64,000 nt of DNA from an uncultured Microbacteriaceae bacterium (GCA_964584925.1 CAZPBS010000003.1:2196-66195), one strand, 5' to 3'. Positions 10,553 through 21,092 are shown, counted from the stretch's first letter. Made by a program: numbers and translations. The notes: generated from the letters alone by a model not told the origin.

Positions 10553-11492
10553 CCAGCGCTGCCTCTACCAAGGCGCCATAGACGCCGCCCACGTCGTAGC
10601 CGGCGGCATCGAGAGCGAGAGCAGTACTGGATGTTTCGGTGAGTCCTGGCATGGTGCTCGCCTCGAGGAACCAGGGCTTGCCTTCGTTGTCAACGATAAA
10701 GTCCACTCTCGCAAGATCGCGTAGTCCCAAGGCAGTGAAGGCATTAAGCGCTAGCGCGCTCAAGGAGTCGAGGGTGGCCTGCTCCAGTCGGGGCGGGGTG
10801 TAGAACCTGGTTGCACCAGCGGTGTAGCGCGCCTCAAAGTCATAGTGGCCCGACAGTGGCTCAATTTCGACGGCAGGGATTGCTCGTGGCCCATCTCCGG
10901 TGTCAATGATGGGGACACATACCTCCACGCCGACAATGCGCTTCTCAATTAACGCAATGTCGGAGTAGGTAAAAGCGTGGACCATGGCTTTGCGAAGGTC
11001 CTCGTTCGAGTCCACCCACGACACCCCCTGGGCGGAGCCTCCTTGGGCAGGCTTGACGATGAGTGGAATACCGAGGCTGGTGGTGACGGTCTCTAGGACG
11101 CTCTCGGCGCCCAACTCCCTAAAGGCGTCTCTCGACAGGGTGATTGATGGTGGGGTGGCGACACCGGCCCGCTCTGCGAGGCTTTTGGCCACAGGTTTGT
11201 TCCACGCAATGCGGGAAGCATCGGCGGTGGAGCCAACGTAGGGAATATCGAGCATCTCCAGGAGGGCGCGGAGCGCACCATCCTCGCCCGAGGCTCCGTG
11301 GAGGACTGGCCAGATAACTTCAGGGGAGCTCTCCCCGAGATACTCAATCAGCGATCCATCAGGATCCCTCAGCTCGACGCTGACGCCATGAGAAAGCAGA
11401 CCGTCTGCCACTTTCCGTCCAGATTTGAGCGAGATATCCCGCTCGTGGGAAATCCCACCGGAGAGTATGAGAACGCGTGGCATCTCTGCCAC
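10542..11492 (-). CDS. D-Ala-D-Ala ligase family ATP-grasp protein
   Basis: GGISHERDIS, LHGASGEDG, ARVDF, EASTMPG. Confidence 0.85.
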   Translation of the reverse strand: MAEMPRVLILSGGISHERDISLKSGRKVADGLLSHGVSVELRDPDGSLIEYLGESSPEVIWPVLHGASGEDGALRALLEMLDIPYVGSTADASRIAWNKPVAKSLAERAGVATPPSITLSRDAFRELGAESVLETVTTSLGIPLIVKPAQGGSAQGVSWVDSNEDLRKAMVHAFTYSDIALIEKRIVGVEVCVPIIDTGDGPRAIPAVEIEPLSGHYDFEARYTAGATRFYTPPRLEQATLDSLSALALNAFTALGLRDLARVDFIVDNEGKPWFLEASTMPGLTETSSTALALDAAGYDVGGVYGALVEAALARP

Positions 11493-11494
11493 GG

Positions 11495-12799
11495 CTAAGC
11501 AACCTCGGGTGGTGGTGACTCGAGGTTCGCCGCGACGGGAACCTCAGACGTGGCAGGCCCAAAAGTGTCCACGAGTTCCCGCTCCTCGGTAATCACGCGA
11601 GCAAGTCGCCGAATACCTTCGGTGATGAAGTCAGGCTCGGGGTAGCAGAAGGCGAGCCGGAGGTGGCGTTGTCCTTCGCCATTCGCAAAGAATGCTGTGC
11701 CTGGAGTGTAGGCAACCAGTTCGGTGATAGCCCGTGGCAACATCTCTTTGGAGTCGAGCCCTTCTGGAAGGGTCAGCCACAGGTAAAAGCCACCTGCGGG
11801 GTTCGTGTGGGCGATGTCAGGAAGATAGGTCGCCAAGGCGTCGGACATGGCGTCACGGCGCTCCCGATACACACCACGGAAGGTATCAATTTGACCCTTC
11901 CAGTCGTGAGACTCAAAATATTCGGCCAACACCATTTGCGCGAAAGAACTTGGCGACAGAATCGCAGCCTCTGATGCTAAAACGAGTTTTTCTCGTATTC
12001 CATGGGGGGCAACAACCCATCCCACACGGAGGCCGGGAGCAAACGTCTTCGAAAAAGATCCCAAGTAGATGACACCTGCGTCATCGACGCTGCGCAGCGC
12101 CTGAGGGGGAGGTGAATCGAACCACAACAACCCATAGGGGTTGTCCTCCACAATCAAAATCCCGTTGTCTTTGGCGATATCGAGAATCTCCACACGTCGT
12201 GAGGCCGACAGTGTCACCCCCGCCGGGTTTTGGAAGTTAGGAATCAGATAGAGGAACTTGATGGGAACTTGGGCTGCCCGAAGCTCCTCAATGCGTTGGG
12301 TGAGAGCCGCCGGAATCATCCCGTGCTCGTCCATCTCAATGTGCTCGACGCGTGCCTGGTAGGAGCGGAACACTCCCATGGCGCCAACGTAGCTCGGAGA
12401 TTCCGCGAGAATCGCGTCGCCCGGGTTCACAAAAAGCTTGGCAACGAGGTCGAGACCCTGCTGTGATCCGGTCGTGACGACAATGTCGTCGACACCCGCC
12501 CGAATACCCTCTTCTGCCATGATGGCGCGGATCTTTTCGCGAAGACTCGGCAATCCCTGACCCGAGCCGTATTGCAGGGCTGTGGGACCCTGGCTGGCGA
12601 GCACAGAATCGACGGAGCTTCGTACCTTGTCAAAAGGTAAAGCTGCCACGAACGGCATCCCGCCGGCTAATGACACCACCTCCGGACGAGATGCCACCGC
12701 GAAGAGTGCCCGGACTTCGCTTGCGCTTAGGCCCGCGGCACGGTCTGCATAGTTGTCAAACCACGGGTCAAGGGAAATTCCCGAACCGGAGGACATCAT
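11495..12799 (-). CDS. PLP-dependent class I aminotransferase
   Basis: SLAGGMP, PNFQNPAG, EDNPY, GSFSKTFAPGLRVG. Confidence 0.92.
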   Translation of the reverse strand: MMSSGSGISLDPWFDNYADRAAGLSASEVRALFAVASRPEVVSLAGGMPFVAALPFDKVRSSVDSVLASQGPTALQYGSGQGLPSLREKIRAIMAEEGIRAGVDDIVVTTGSQQGLDLVAKLFVNPGDAILAESPSYVGAMGVFRSYQARVEHIEMDEHGMIPAALTQRIEELRAAQVPIKFLYLIPNFQNPAGVTLSASRRVEILDIAKDNGILIVEDNPYGLLWFDSPPPQALRSVDDAGVIYLGSFSKTFAPGLRVGWVVAPHGIREKLVLASEAAILSPSSFAQMVLAEYFESHDWKGQIDTFRGVYRERRDAMSDALATYLPDIAHTNPAGGFYLWLTLPEGLDSKEMLPRAITELVAYTPGTAFFANGEGQRHLRLAFCYPEPDFITEGIRRLARVITEERELVDTFGPATSEVPVAANLESPPPEVA

Positions 12800-12866
12800 G
12801 AGAACACCTTGGACTCTGGGGACAGTGAAGTGCCCAGAATACGGGGATTTTGTTGGGAATGGGGCT

Positions 12867-13193
12867 TTAGGCCAGGAATTCCTGCAGATCGGCCTCTAGT
12901 GCTGGCTTGGGTTTTGCCCCAATAACGGTCTTGACCACCTCGCCAGCCCGGAAGACCTTCATCGTGGGGATGGACGTGATCTGGTACTTCATCGCCGTCT
13001 CTGGGTTGTCATCCACATTGAGTTTGACGACATCAATCTTGTCGGAGTGCTCGGTGGCAATCTGATCCAAAATCGGCGAGACCGCGCGACAGGGACCACA
13101 CCATTCGGCCCAGAAGTCCACCATGATGGGCTTCTCACTGGCGAGCACTTCAGTGGCAAAGTTCTGGTCGGTTACATCTCGTGCGCTACTCAT
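12867..13193 (-). CDS. trxA: Thioredoxin
   Basis: WCGPC. Confidence 0.98.
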   Translation of the reverse strand: MSSARDVTDQNFATEVLASEKPIMVDFWAEWCGPCRAVSPILDQIATEHSDKIDVVKLNVDDNPETAMKYQITSIPTMKVFRAGEVVKTVIGAKPKPALEADLQEFLA

Positions 13194-13220
13194 GTTCTTC
13201 TCCTTGGGTGATGTGGCGCT

Positions 13221-14174
13221 CTAGGCGCTGTGGCTTGCGGCTACCTGCTTCTGAGGCAGCGACTCGAGGTAATGCTGCGCGTCCAGCGCTGCGACGCACC
13301 CTGAACCTGCAGCAGTGACGGCCTGACGGTAAGTCGGGTCAATGACGTCTCCCGCCGCGAAAACACCCTCCAGGTTGGTCCGTGAGGTACGACCATCCAC
13401 GGCAATCGTGCCCTCTGAGGTGAGGTCCAGTTGACCGTGAACAACGTGGGTCCGGGGGTCGGACCCAATCGCGATGAAGAGCCCGGAAACATCCAGAGTT
13501 TTCTCCTCGCCGGTGACCGTGTCGACAATGCCAATTCCGGAGACCAGGTCATCGCCGTAGATGTGCTCCACGGTAGCGTTCAGAATGAACTCGATTTTGG
13601 GATCATTCTGAGCGCGCTCCTGCATGACCGCGGAGGCACGAAGCGTTTCGGAGCGGTGGATGATGTAGACCTTGTCCGCAAAACGGGTGAGAAAGGTTGC
13701 TTCCTCCATGGCTGAGTCTCCGCCTCCCACGACAGCGACGACTTTCTCGCGATAAAAAGCACCATCGCAGGTTGCGCACCAGGAAACGCCGTATCCACTC
13801 AGGCGATCCTCGTCGGCAATGCCGAGCTTTCGGTACGCAGAGCCGGTGGCGACAATGACGGCGGCGGCTTCAACCGTGTCGCCATTGCCGAGTGAAATCT
13901 TCTTCACGGGACCGGCGAGCTCTACCGAGGTGACGTCGTCGTACATAATTTCGGCGCCAAAGCGCTCAGCCTGCTTTTGCATGTGGGTCATCAGCTCAGG
14001 ACCCATGATGCCCTCGGGGAAACCGGGGAAGTTGTCCACATCGGTGGTGTTCATCAGATCGCCGCCAAACTCCACAGAAGAAGCAACAACCAAAGGGTTG
14101 AGGTTGGCGCGCGCTGCGTAAATGGCTGCGGTGTAGCCAGCAGGCCCTGATCCGATAATGACGACGTCTCTCAT
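13221..14174 (-). CDS. trxB: Thioredoxin-disulfide reductase
   Basis: GSGPAG, CATCD, GGGDSA. Confidence 0.98.
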   Translation of the reverse strand: MRDVVIIGSGPAGYTAAIYAARANLNPLVVASSVEFGGDLMNTTDVDNFPGFPEGIMGPELMTHMQKQAERFGAEIMYDDVTSVELAGPVKKISLGNGDTVEAAAVIVATGSAYRKLGIADEDRLSGYGVSWCATCDGAFYREKVVAVVGGGDSAMEEATFLTRFADKVYIIHRSETLRASAVMQERAQNDPKIEFILNATVEHIYGDDLVSGIGIVDTVTGEEKTLDVSGLFIAIGSDPRTHVVHGQLDLTSEGTIAVDGRTSRTNLEGVFAAGDVIDPTYRQAVTAAGSGCVAALDAQHYLESLPQKQVAASHSA

Positions 14175-14212
14175 GGTTCTCCTACTTTCCTTACACCGCT
14201 AGCAACGCAAGT

Positions 14213-15889
14213 CTAGGAGGAACTATTCCCTGACCGGGTAAACGGCAGGTGTCGAAGAAGGGGCCCCGCTACCGCACGGGCGTCGCTGTTTCCCAGCAAC
14301 AGTAGAGTCGCCCCGTAGACCACGACCATGGCGAGGGTGATGACCACCATCACGAGAGCGGACCACAAAGCCGATTCTGTGAGGTAGCCGGCTCCGTCCG
14401 CTCCGCCGATGGCGGTGAGCAGAGCAACACCTGCAGCACTCGAGGGCAGAGCAGCCAGAAGGAATTGCGACAGAGAAAAGACCAGTGGCCGGAGGCTCAG
14501 GCCTCCCAGTTTCCGGCGGAGAACAACAATCGCCACAACGGTTTGAACGCTTCCGGCGATGCTGGCAGAGAGCGCCAGTCCCACTGCAATCTGGGTAACC
14601 GGCAGTGTTGAGACCCCCAGCGCGAGGGAAATGAACAGCGTCGCCTGCACAACCTGGAGGAAGAACGGGGTTCTTGTGTCTTCTAGGGCGTAGAACACCC
14701 GTTGGACAACGAAGAGAACGCTAAAAGCCAGCAGACCCAACGCATAGGACGCAATGACTATCGCCATTGCCCGAATTGACTCGGGTTCACCCCCAAATTG
14801 ACGAGCGAAAGGCAGTGACACCACGATGAGGCCGACGCTCGCAAGAACCATGAAGAATCCGATGCGCGACACAGATTCCAGGAAGTCGCCGCGGACAGCG
14901 GCACGGTTCCCATCACGTGCATGGGTTGACATTCGCGTGAAGTAGGCAGTCGCAAGCGACACCGCAACAACCGAGTGCGGGAGCATGAAAATCAACCAGG
15001 AGAACCGCAAAATGGCAAGGCTCGGGGCATCTCCACCGGCAGCTAACGACGCCACATTCGCTTGAACCACTCCGGCGATCTGGGCGACCAAGATCATGCC
15101 GAACATCCAGGACACCGCCCTACCGGTGTTTCCCAATCCCACTCCCCGCCAGCGGAAGTCGGCGCGGAAGCTTAAACCGGCTCTGCGCCAAAACAGAAAA
15201 AGGATGAAGGCTTGAGCGGCGACCCCCGCGGTGGCGGAGCCAGCGAGGACGGCGACCATGGACGAGGTCCAGACCATTGCGTTCGCTGTGTCTGCGCCCG
15301 GGAATATCAGGCCAAAAGCCACCAGCCCGGTCATCGCCACAACGTTGTTGAGCGCGGGTGCCCAGGTGAAGGGCCCAAAGACTTTCCGGGCGTTGAGAAC
15401 CTCACTCAGCAAGCTATAGAGCGCATAAAACAGGATCTGCGGCAAACACCAATAGGCAAACGCCACGGCCAACGCAATTTCTTCGGGACTGAAACCTCGA
15501 CCTCCGTCTCCCCCGCTTTGGGCGTAAAGAGCAACGAGGGCGGGCGCCAACAGGGTTGCCAGCACCGCGACAGCGAGAAAAATCAAGAATCCGAGAGTGA
15601 CAATCTTGTTGATGAAGCTCTGCCCCCCGTCTGTGTCGAGGCCGGCCTTCACTATGTGGGGGACCAGAACGGCGCTCAGGACACCGCCTGCGACGATGGC
15701 GTAAATGTTGTTGGGTAGCTGATTAGCCAGGGCAAAGGTGTCAGCACCAGCCCCCACTGTTCCCAGGGTCCGCGCGAGAATAATCGCGCTGATGAATCCC
15801 AGAACACGCGACACCACAGTGCCTGACGCGAGCAGCATGCTGGCGCGACCTAAACCACGATTGTCCTCACGCGGTGTCATCATCGCCAC
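14213..15889 (-). CDS. murJ: Lipid II flippase MurJ (MviN)
   Basis: GTVVSRVLGF, ANQLPN, FYALEDTRTP; many TM helices; start may be 15883/15880. Confidence 0.92.
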   Translation of the reverse strand: MAMMTPREDNRGLGRASMLLASGTVVSRVLGFISAIILARTLGTVGAGADTFALANQLPNNIYAIVAGGVLSAVLVPHIVKAGLDTDGGQSFINKIVTLGFLIFLAVAVLATLLAPALVALYAQSGGDGGRGFSPEEIALAVAFAYWCLPQILFYALYSLLSEVLNARKVFGPFTWAPALNNVVAMTGLVAFGLIFPGADTANAMVWTSSMVAVLAGSATAGVAAQAFILFLFWRRAGLSFRADFRWRGVGLGNTGRAVSWMFGMILVAQIAGVVQANVASLAAGGDAPSLAILRFSWLIFMLPHSVVAVSLATAYFTRMSTHARDGNRAAVRGDFLESVSRIGFFMVLASVGLIVVSLPFARQFGGEPESIRAMAIVIASYALGLLAFSVLFVVQRVFYALEDTRTPFFLQVVQATLFISLALGVSTLPVTQIAVGLALSASIAGSVQTVVAIVVLRRKLGGLSLRPLVFSLSQFLLAALPSSAAGVALLTAIGGADGAGYLTESALWSALVMVVITLAMVVVYGATLLLLGNSDARAVAGPLLRHLPFTRSGNSSS

Positions 15890-17840
15890 CTCCCACCAGG
15901 GATCGTCGGCGCTGGATGGCCCGGATCAGGCCGAAAGTGAAGACTCCACCCACAAGACCTGCGAGAGCAAAACTGATGACACCCTCCCATCCGGCCCGGA
16001 TAGTGACCGGGATGGTGACGATCTCGCCGACAAGCTGCCCACCTGCGGAAAGCAGACTGAACTCGACCGGAACGGATCCATTAGCCAGGGACTGAACCGG
16101 AACAAAGACGCGTATCGATGATTCTGGTGCAATCTCCACCTGGGTGATGGGCTGCTCGACAGCAAGAATTCCTGTTGTGGGTCGTACCCGCAGGGACACG
16201 ACGACAGACGACGCCAGATCGTTGTTGATTGTCACCGGGAGCTGCGTTTGATCACTCAGAACCGTGATCGAGCTACCCTGCTCTACTCGTACGGAGTTCT
16301 GGAAATCCCGGGATTCTTGTTGCGCTCTTTCCCATTCGCTCTCCAAACCGTTGGGGTTGTCGCTCCAGGTCGAGGAGAGCAGCGATTGGTATCTGTTCCA
16401 TCGACCAAAGACGGCCCCACCAGGGTCGGAGGCGATAGTGGCGAACGCGACATCGCTCTCCCAAAGACCTTTGAGCGCTCCCACAAAGTTCTGCCACTCC
16501 CTGCTCTGGGGGATGGTGGTGATGCCGGGCAGAGTTTCCGTTGCGGGAGCTCCCAGTGGAACTGCCAGAGTTGTCGCCAAACGCATGGCGTTGAACCCTT
16601 CGAGAACAGACTCGAGTCTCGGGGCAATCGCGGTGGCGGGCAGACGTCCAGTGCTAAAAACCAGGACCTCGTCATTGCCCGTGAGAGCTCGATATCCGAT
16701 GATGCCTTGGGCGCGTTGGAGATCTGCTTCGGCCTCAAGGACCGTGGGTGCTTGCAGAGCATCCGTGGCAAGACTGGAGAGCTGGGCGTCTACGCGAATA
16801 ATTCGGGCGTCTCCAATTGATACGACGGATCGATCCGAGGGCAAGCTGTTGCTGGAGAGAAGTACGGCAGACGCGGAGCGCGTGGCGAGCGTGGCGAGCT
16901 GGTCGTTGCTGATCGCGTCACCGTGAACCCAGGGATATTCGCCGAGCTTGGCAAAGACCAGAGTGTCAATGGCGAGCGTTGCTAGGGGGTCGGCATCCGC
17001 CCAGGGAAGGGCGAATTGGGTGAGTCCGATAGAGCCCAGCGTGCTCGCCCAGGCGAGAGACTCGGGTGGTGCTTGATCACCGAGGACCGTGATGGAGCTG
17101 GTGATTCTGCTGTCGATAGCGAGCGAGGCAGGGTAGGTCTCGAGCGCGCGGGTGACCTGATTGAGCGGCCCACCCTCAATTGTTTGTGCTTCGAGCTCGC
17201 CAGGGCTCAGCGCTTGACCACCGGTGGCCGAAGTGGTGAGGGTGACGATGGGAGCTATGGACGCTCGCTGTAGTTCGGTGCCTGCCGGCACAAGTATCAG
17301 GATTTGGCGCCCGACGAGTTGTCGCAATCCCGGGACCAGGTTTCCCGGATTGGAGTACGAGACCTCAAGTCCGAAGATGCCGGGTTGGGGTCCGTCATCA
17401 GCTCTCTCCGGCGCAACCCGCTCGCTCAGAACCTCGGGGTTGAAGCCAAAAATCATTTCCCTGGATTCAAGTTGCGGAACTTCCGGGCTCACGGCTTGAG
17501 CAATCTCCGTGACGACGGGTTCGCTGTCCCCCGAGATAAAGCGGCGAATCTGTTCCTCACTCGTGAAGGGATCCTCGGTGAGACTCACGACAACGTCTCC
17601 CGTTGAGAGGGTGCCGGTTTCGTCGGCTCGCAAAAGGACGCTATAGGCGCCACCAAGCGCAGGATCGATGATTCCGCCGGCATCCACGATGAGATCAACA
17701 CGTGCCGCAGAGCGATCATCGCTCGCGTGAGCGGGAGCGGGAGGGGCGAGGAACGACACACTCAGCGCAAGGAGCACCCCGAGGGCCACGAGGGACCGTC
17801 GGGGCTTGGTGAAAACTGCGCTGGCGCCTGAGTTATCCAC
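15867..17840 (-). CDS. Secreted, C-terminally anchored protein (DUF6049-like)
   Basis: Signal peptide (..APAHA), LPWADAD and LPVTINNDL motifs, C-terminal TM; conserved position between murJ and CCA enzyme. Confidence 0.75.
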   Translation of the reverse strand: MDNSGASAVFTKPRRSLVALGVLLALSVSFLAPPAPAHASDDRSAARVDLIVDAGGIIDPALGGAYSVLLRADETGTLSTGDVVVSLTEDPFTSEEQIRRFISGDSEPVVTEIAQAVSPEVPQLESREMIFGFNPEVLSERVAPERADDGPQPGIFGLEVSYSNPGNLVPGLRQLVGRQILILVPAGTELQRASIAPIVTLTTSATGGQALSPGELEAQTIEGGPLNQVTRALETYPASLAIDSRITSSITVLGDQAPPESLAWASTLGSIGLTQFALPWADADPLATLAIDTLVFAKLGEYPWVHGDAISNDQLATLATRSASAVLLSSNSLPSDRSVVSIGDARIIRVDAQLSSLATDALQAPTVLEAEADLQRAQGIIGYRALTGNDEVLVFSTGRLPATAIAPRLESVLEGFNAMRLATTLAVPLGAPATETLPGITTIPQSREWQNFVGALKGLWESDVAFATIASDPGGAVFGRWNRYQSLLSSTWSDNPNGLESEWERAQQESRDFQNSVRVEQGSSITVLSDQTQLPVTINNDLASSVVVSLRVRPTTGILAVEQPITQVEIAPESSIRVFVPVQSLANGSVPVEFSLLSAGGQLVGEIVTIPVTIRAGWEGVISFALAGLVGGVFTFGLIRAIQRRRSLVGGGDDDTA

Positions 17841-17872
17841 GCCTGCGTGTCACTGTCCCCCGAGCTGGCATG

Positions 17873-17894
17873 GTTCAGAGTCTAGACTCTGAAC
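17873..17894. promoter_or_regulatory. 22-bp perfect palindrome carrying TAGACT -10 on both strands
   Basis: GTTCAGAGTCTAGACTCTGAAC in a 57-bp divergent gap. Confidence 0.6.
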
Positions 17895-17897
17895 ACT

Positions 17898-19322
17898 ATG
17901 TCGAGCGTTGCGAAAGCGGTGGAAACACTGCGTCTCGTCACCTCCGAGGAGCCCATCAAGGGCCTAGCAGAGGCTTTCGCCGCGGCTGGTTTTGAGCTTG
18001 CTCTTGTGGGTGGTCCGGTTCGTGATGCTTTCTTGGGCCGCAAGGTTCACGATCTTGATTTCACAACGTCGGCAACACCTGATCAGATTGAGAAACTCGT
18101 GAAGCCACTGGCCGATGCCATATGGGACGTGGGCAGAGCGTTTGGCACCATTGCCGCCCAGTTGGGTGGGCACACGGTGGAGATCACGACCTATCGGGCA
18201 GATTCCTACGACGGGAGCAGTCGTAAGCCGGATGTTGTCTTTGGCTCGAGCCTGGAGGAGGACCTGTTCCGGCGAGACTTCACGATGAACGCTATGGCTC
18301 TGACTCTTCCGGAGGTCAAGCTGGTCGATCCGTGTAACGGTCTAGAGGATTTGCTAGCTGGCGTCCTTCGGACGCCGATTGAGCCCGAGATTTCTTTCCA
18401 AGATGACCCTCTGCGCATGATGCGAGGCGCTCGTTTCACGAGCCAACTGGGGGCTGTCATTCATCCCGACACGATGGCCGCCATGACCACCCTGGCACCG
18501 CGGATTGCTGATATTTCCGCTGAGCGAGTGCGCGAAGAGCTCACTCGCCTACTCGCTACGGAGTCACCACGCCAGGGACTTGAGGTCCTCGTAGAGACGG
18601 GGATTGCCGACATTGTGTTGCCGGAGCTCCCGGCGCTCCGCTTGGAATCTGACGAGCACGCCCATCACAAGGACGTCTATCAGCACACTCTGACGGTGGT
18701 GGAGCAGGCGATAGAGGAAGAAAAGCGACGCTTTCCCGAACAAGCTCCCGATGTGGTCTTGCGCGTAGCGGCGCTACTGCATGACATCGGTAAACCCGCC
18801 ACGAGACGGTTTGAGGGTGGCGGCGTGGTTACCTTCTACCACCATGATGTGGTCGGAGCCAAGCTGGCCAAGAAGCGACTCAAGGCACTGCGCTTTGACA
18901 ACAACACCATCGATTCCGTTGCGAGGCTCATCGAACTTCATCTTCGGTTCTTCGGATATTCCGAGCAAGCCTGGACCGATTCTGCTGTCCGGCGTTACGT
19001 GCGAGATGCTGGCGAAGAGTTAGAGCGCCTCCACATTCTGGTGCGTGCCGATGTGACCACCCGCAACAAGCGCAAAGCGGATCACTTGTCGTTTGCCTAT
19101 GACGACCTAGAAGCACGTATCGCCGTGTTGGCGGAGCAAGAGGAGCTACAAGCAATCCGACCTGAGCTGGATGGCGAAGCCATCATGGCAATCCTGGATC
19201 TTCCACCTGGTCGAGAGGTGGGCGAGGCCTATAGATTCCTCCTGGAACTGCGCCTCGATGAAGGGGAAATCGGGGTGGACGAGGTCACGAAGCGCCTTCG
19301 GGCATGGTGGGAATCCCGATAG
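17898..19322 (+). CDS. cca: CCA tRNA nucleotidyltransferase (HD domain)
   Basis: VGGPVRD, DLDF, RRDFTMNAM, DDPLRMMR, LLHDIGK. Confidence 0.94.
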   Translation: MSSVAKAVETLRLVTSEEPIKGLAEAFAAAGFELALVGGPVRDAFLGRKVHDLDFTTSATPDQIEKLVKPLADAIWDVGRAFGTIAAQLGGHTVEITTYRADSYDGSSRKPDVVFGSSLEEDLFRRDFTMNAMALTLPEVKLVDPCNGLEDLLAGVLRTPIEPEISFQDDPLRMMRGARFTSQLGAVIHPDTMAAMTTLAPRIADISAERVREELTRLLATESPRQGLEVLVETGIADIVLPELPALRLESDEHAHHKDVYQHTLTVVEQAIEEEKRRFPEQAPDVVLRVAALLHDIGKPATRRFEGGGVVTFYHHDVVGAKLAKKRLKALRFDNNTIDSVARLIELHLRFFGYSEQAWTDSAVRRYVRDAGEELERLHILVRADVTTRNKRKADHLSFAYDDLEARIAVLAEQEELQAIRPELDGEAIMAILDLPPGREVGEAYRFLLELRLDEGEIGVDEVTKRLRAWWESR

Positions 19323-19390
19323 CTGTTGCTCACTGGCGCCGTGGCGCCTAGACTGTGGCAGTTGTCTTGTTCGCAAGACACAGCACTAAT

Positions 19391-19438
19391 CCCTCCTGTT
19401 GCAGAAATCCTGTAACCGTTGAGTCCGAAGGAGGTGGG
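19391..19438 (+). ncRNA. rpsF leader (S6:S18-binding autoregulatory RNA)
   Basis: CCCTCCT pairs with SD AGGAGG; inner stem GTTGCAG/CTGTAAC followed by CCG, the known architecture. Confidence 0.65.
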
Positions 19439-19444
19439 GTAGTC

Positions 19445-19819
19445 GTGCACGATTATGAACTGATGGTCATCCTTGACCCAGAGACAGATGAGCGCACCGT
19501 TGCTCCCAGTCTCGAAGCGTTCCTTGAGGTCATCCGCAAAGACGGTGGCTCCATTGAGAACCTCGACATTTGGGGTAAGCGTCGGTTGGCGTACGAGATC
19601 AAGAAGAAGTCCGAGGGCATCTACGCCGTCGTCAACTTCACGGCATCACCTGAGGCCACAGCTGAGCTTGACCGCCAGCTCCGCCTGAGTGAAGCCGTCA
19701 TGCGAACCAAGGTGTTGCGCCAGGACGAAGCTACCGTTCGCCTGGGTGCTCCCGAAGAATCGCCCGTAGCTCAGAAGGTGTCGCTTTCGGGCGGCAACAA
19801 GCGACGCAAGTCGGAGTAG
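19445..19819 (+). CDS. rpsF: 30S ribosomal protein S6
   Basis: [11 protein letters not shown]...[10 protein letters not shown]; GTG 19445 after GGAGG. Confidence 0.97.
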   Translation: MHDYELMVILDPETDERTVAPSLEAFLEVIRKDGGSIENLDIWGKRRLAYEIKKKSEGIYAVVNFTASPEATAELDRQLRLSEAVMRTKVLRQDEATVRLGAPEESPVAQKVSLSGGNKRRKSE

Positions 19820-19822
19820 ATC

Positions 19823-20311
19823 ATGGCTGGCGAAACAATCATCACGGTGGTCGGTAACCTCACCGCCGACCCAGAGTTGCGCTACACCCAGAACGGTGTA
19901 GCTGTCGCCAACTTCACCATCGCCTCAACCCCTCGTAATTTCGATCGGGCCTCCGGCGAATGGAAAGACGGCGAAGCTCTGTTCATGCGCGCCAGCGTGT
20001 GGCGCGAGTTCGCGGAGCACGTAGCCTCCTCTCTCACCAAGGGCGCGCGCGTAGTGGCCACAGGCCGACTTCGTCAGCGTTCTTACGAGACCAAAGAGGG
20101 CGAGAAGCGCACTTCTATTGAGCTCGAGGTTGACGAGATTGGCCCCAGCCTTCGCTATGCAACGGCCCAGGTTCAGCGTCAATCCAGCGGCGCCTCCAAA
20201 GGCGCTGTAGAAGACGCGTGGAGCGCTCCTGCCGCAGGCGGAGTGACTCAAGATCCGTGGGCTAGTGCAGCTCCCGCAGACCAAGCTCCTATTGAGGACG
20301 CACCCTTCTAA
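19823..20311 (+). CDS. ssb: Single-stranded DNA-binding protein
   Basis: [11 protein letters not shown], acidic tail EDAPF. Confidence 0.98.
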   Translation: MAGETIITVVGNLTADPELRYTQNGVAVANFTIASTPRNFDRASGEWKDGEALFMRASVWREFAEHVASSLTKGARVVATGRLRQRSYETKEGEKRTSIELEVDEIGPSLRYATAQVQRQSSGASKGAVEDAWSAPAAGGVTQDPWASAAPADQAPIEDAPF

Positions 20312-20367
20312 CTAACGTGTGAGCGCCCGGGCTAGTCCCAGGGCGCCTGAGCAGAAAGAACATCACC

Positions 20368-20628
20368 ATGGCAGGAAAATCCAGCGGCGACCGTCGCAAA
20401 CCACGCATGGGCAAAGGCGGCAAGCCTGCAGCTCCTGTGAAGTCCATCACCGTGGGCGTCATTGACTACAAGGACGTCGCCACGCTTCGCCGCTTCATTT
20501 CAGAGCGCGGGAAGATCCGTAGCCGTCGTATTACCGGCGTCTCTGTCCAGGAGCAGCGTCTGCTCGCCAAAGCCATCAAGAACGCACGCGAAATGGCCTT
20601 GTTGCCCTACGCCGGTGCGGGCCGCTAA
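20368..20628 (+). CDS. rpsR: 30S ribosomal protein S18 (Cys-free)
   Basis: [19 protein letters not shown]. Confidence 0.97.
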   Translation: MAGKSSGDRRKPRMGKGGKPAAPVKSITVGVIDYKDVATLRRFISERGKIRSRRITGVSVQEQRLLAKAIKNAREMALLPYAGAGR

Positions 20629-20639
20629 GGAGCGAACTC

Positions 20640-21092
20640 ATGACAAAGCTCATTTTGACTAACGAGGTCGCAGGCCTCGGTTCCGCCGGGGACGTCGTAG
20701 ACGTCAAAAACGGATACGCTCGCAATTTTCTGATTCCTCAGGGATTTGCTGTCGCATGGAGCAATGGTGGCCAGAAGCAGGTCGACCAGATTCGCTCAGC
20801 GCGTGAGGCGAAGGTTATGGCCTCTCAAGAAGAGGCGCAGTCACTCAAGGACAGGCTGGAAAAGGCGCCCATTTCTTTGAGCGCTAAAGCTGGCTCTGAG
20901 GGTCGCCTCTTCGGCTCCGTGACCCGCAACCACATCGCTTCGGCGATTGAGGCTGCCGGCATCGCGGGTGTTGACAAGCGATCCATTGAGATTCTCAAGC
21001 CGATCAAGTCGACCGGCCCAGCAGAAGTCGTCATCAAGATTCACGATGGCGTCATCGCCACCGTTACTCTGTCGGTAAAGGCGGAAAAGTAG
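20640..21092 (+). CDS. rplI: 50S ribosomal protein L9
   Basis: VKNGYARNFLIP, LFGSVT. Confidence 0.97.
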   Translation: MTKLILTNEVAGLGSAGDVVDVKNGYARNFLIPQGFAVAWSNGGQKQVDQIRSAREAKVMASQEEAQSLKDRLEKAPISLSAKAGSEGRLFGSVTRNHIASAIEAAGIAGVDKRSIEILKPIKSTGPAEVVIKIHDGVIATVTLSVKAEK

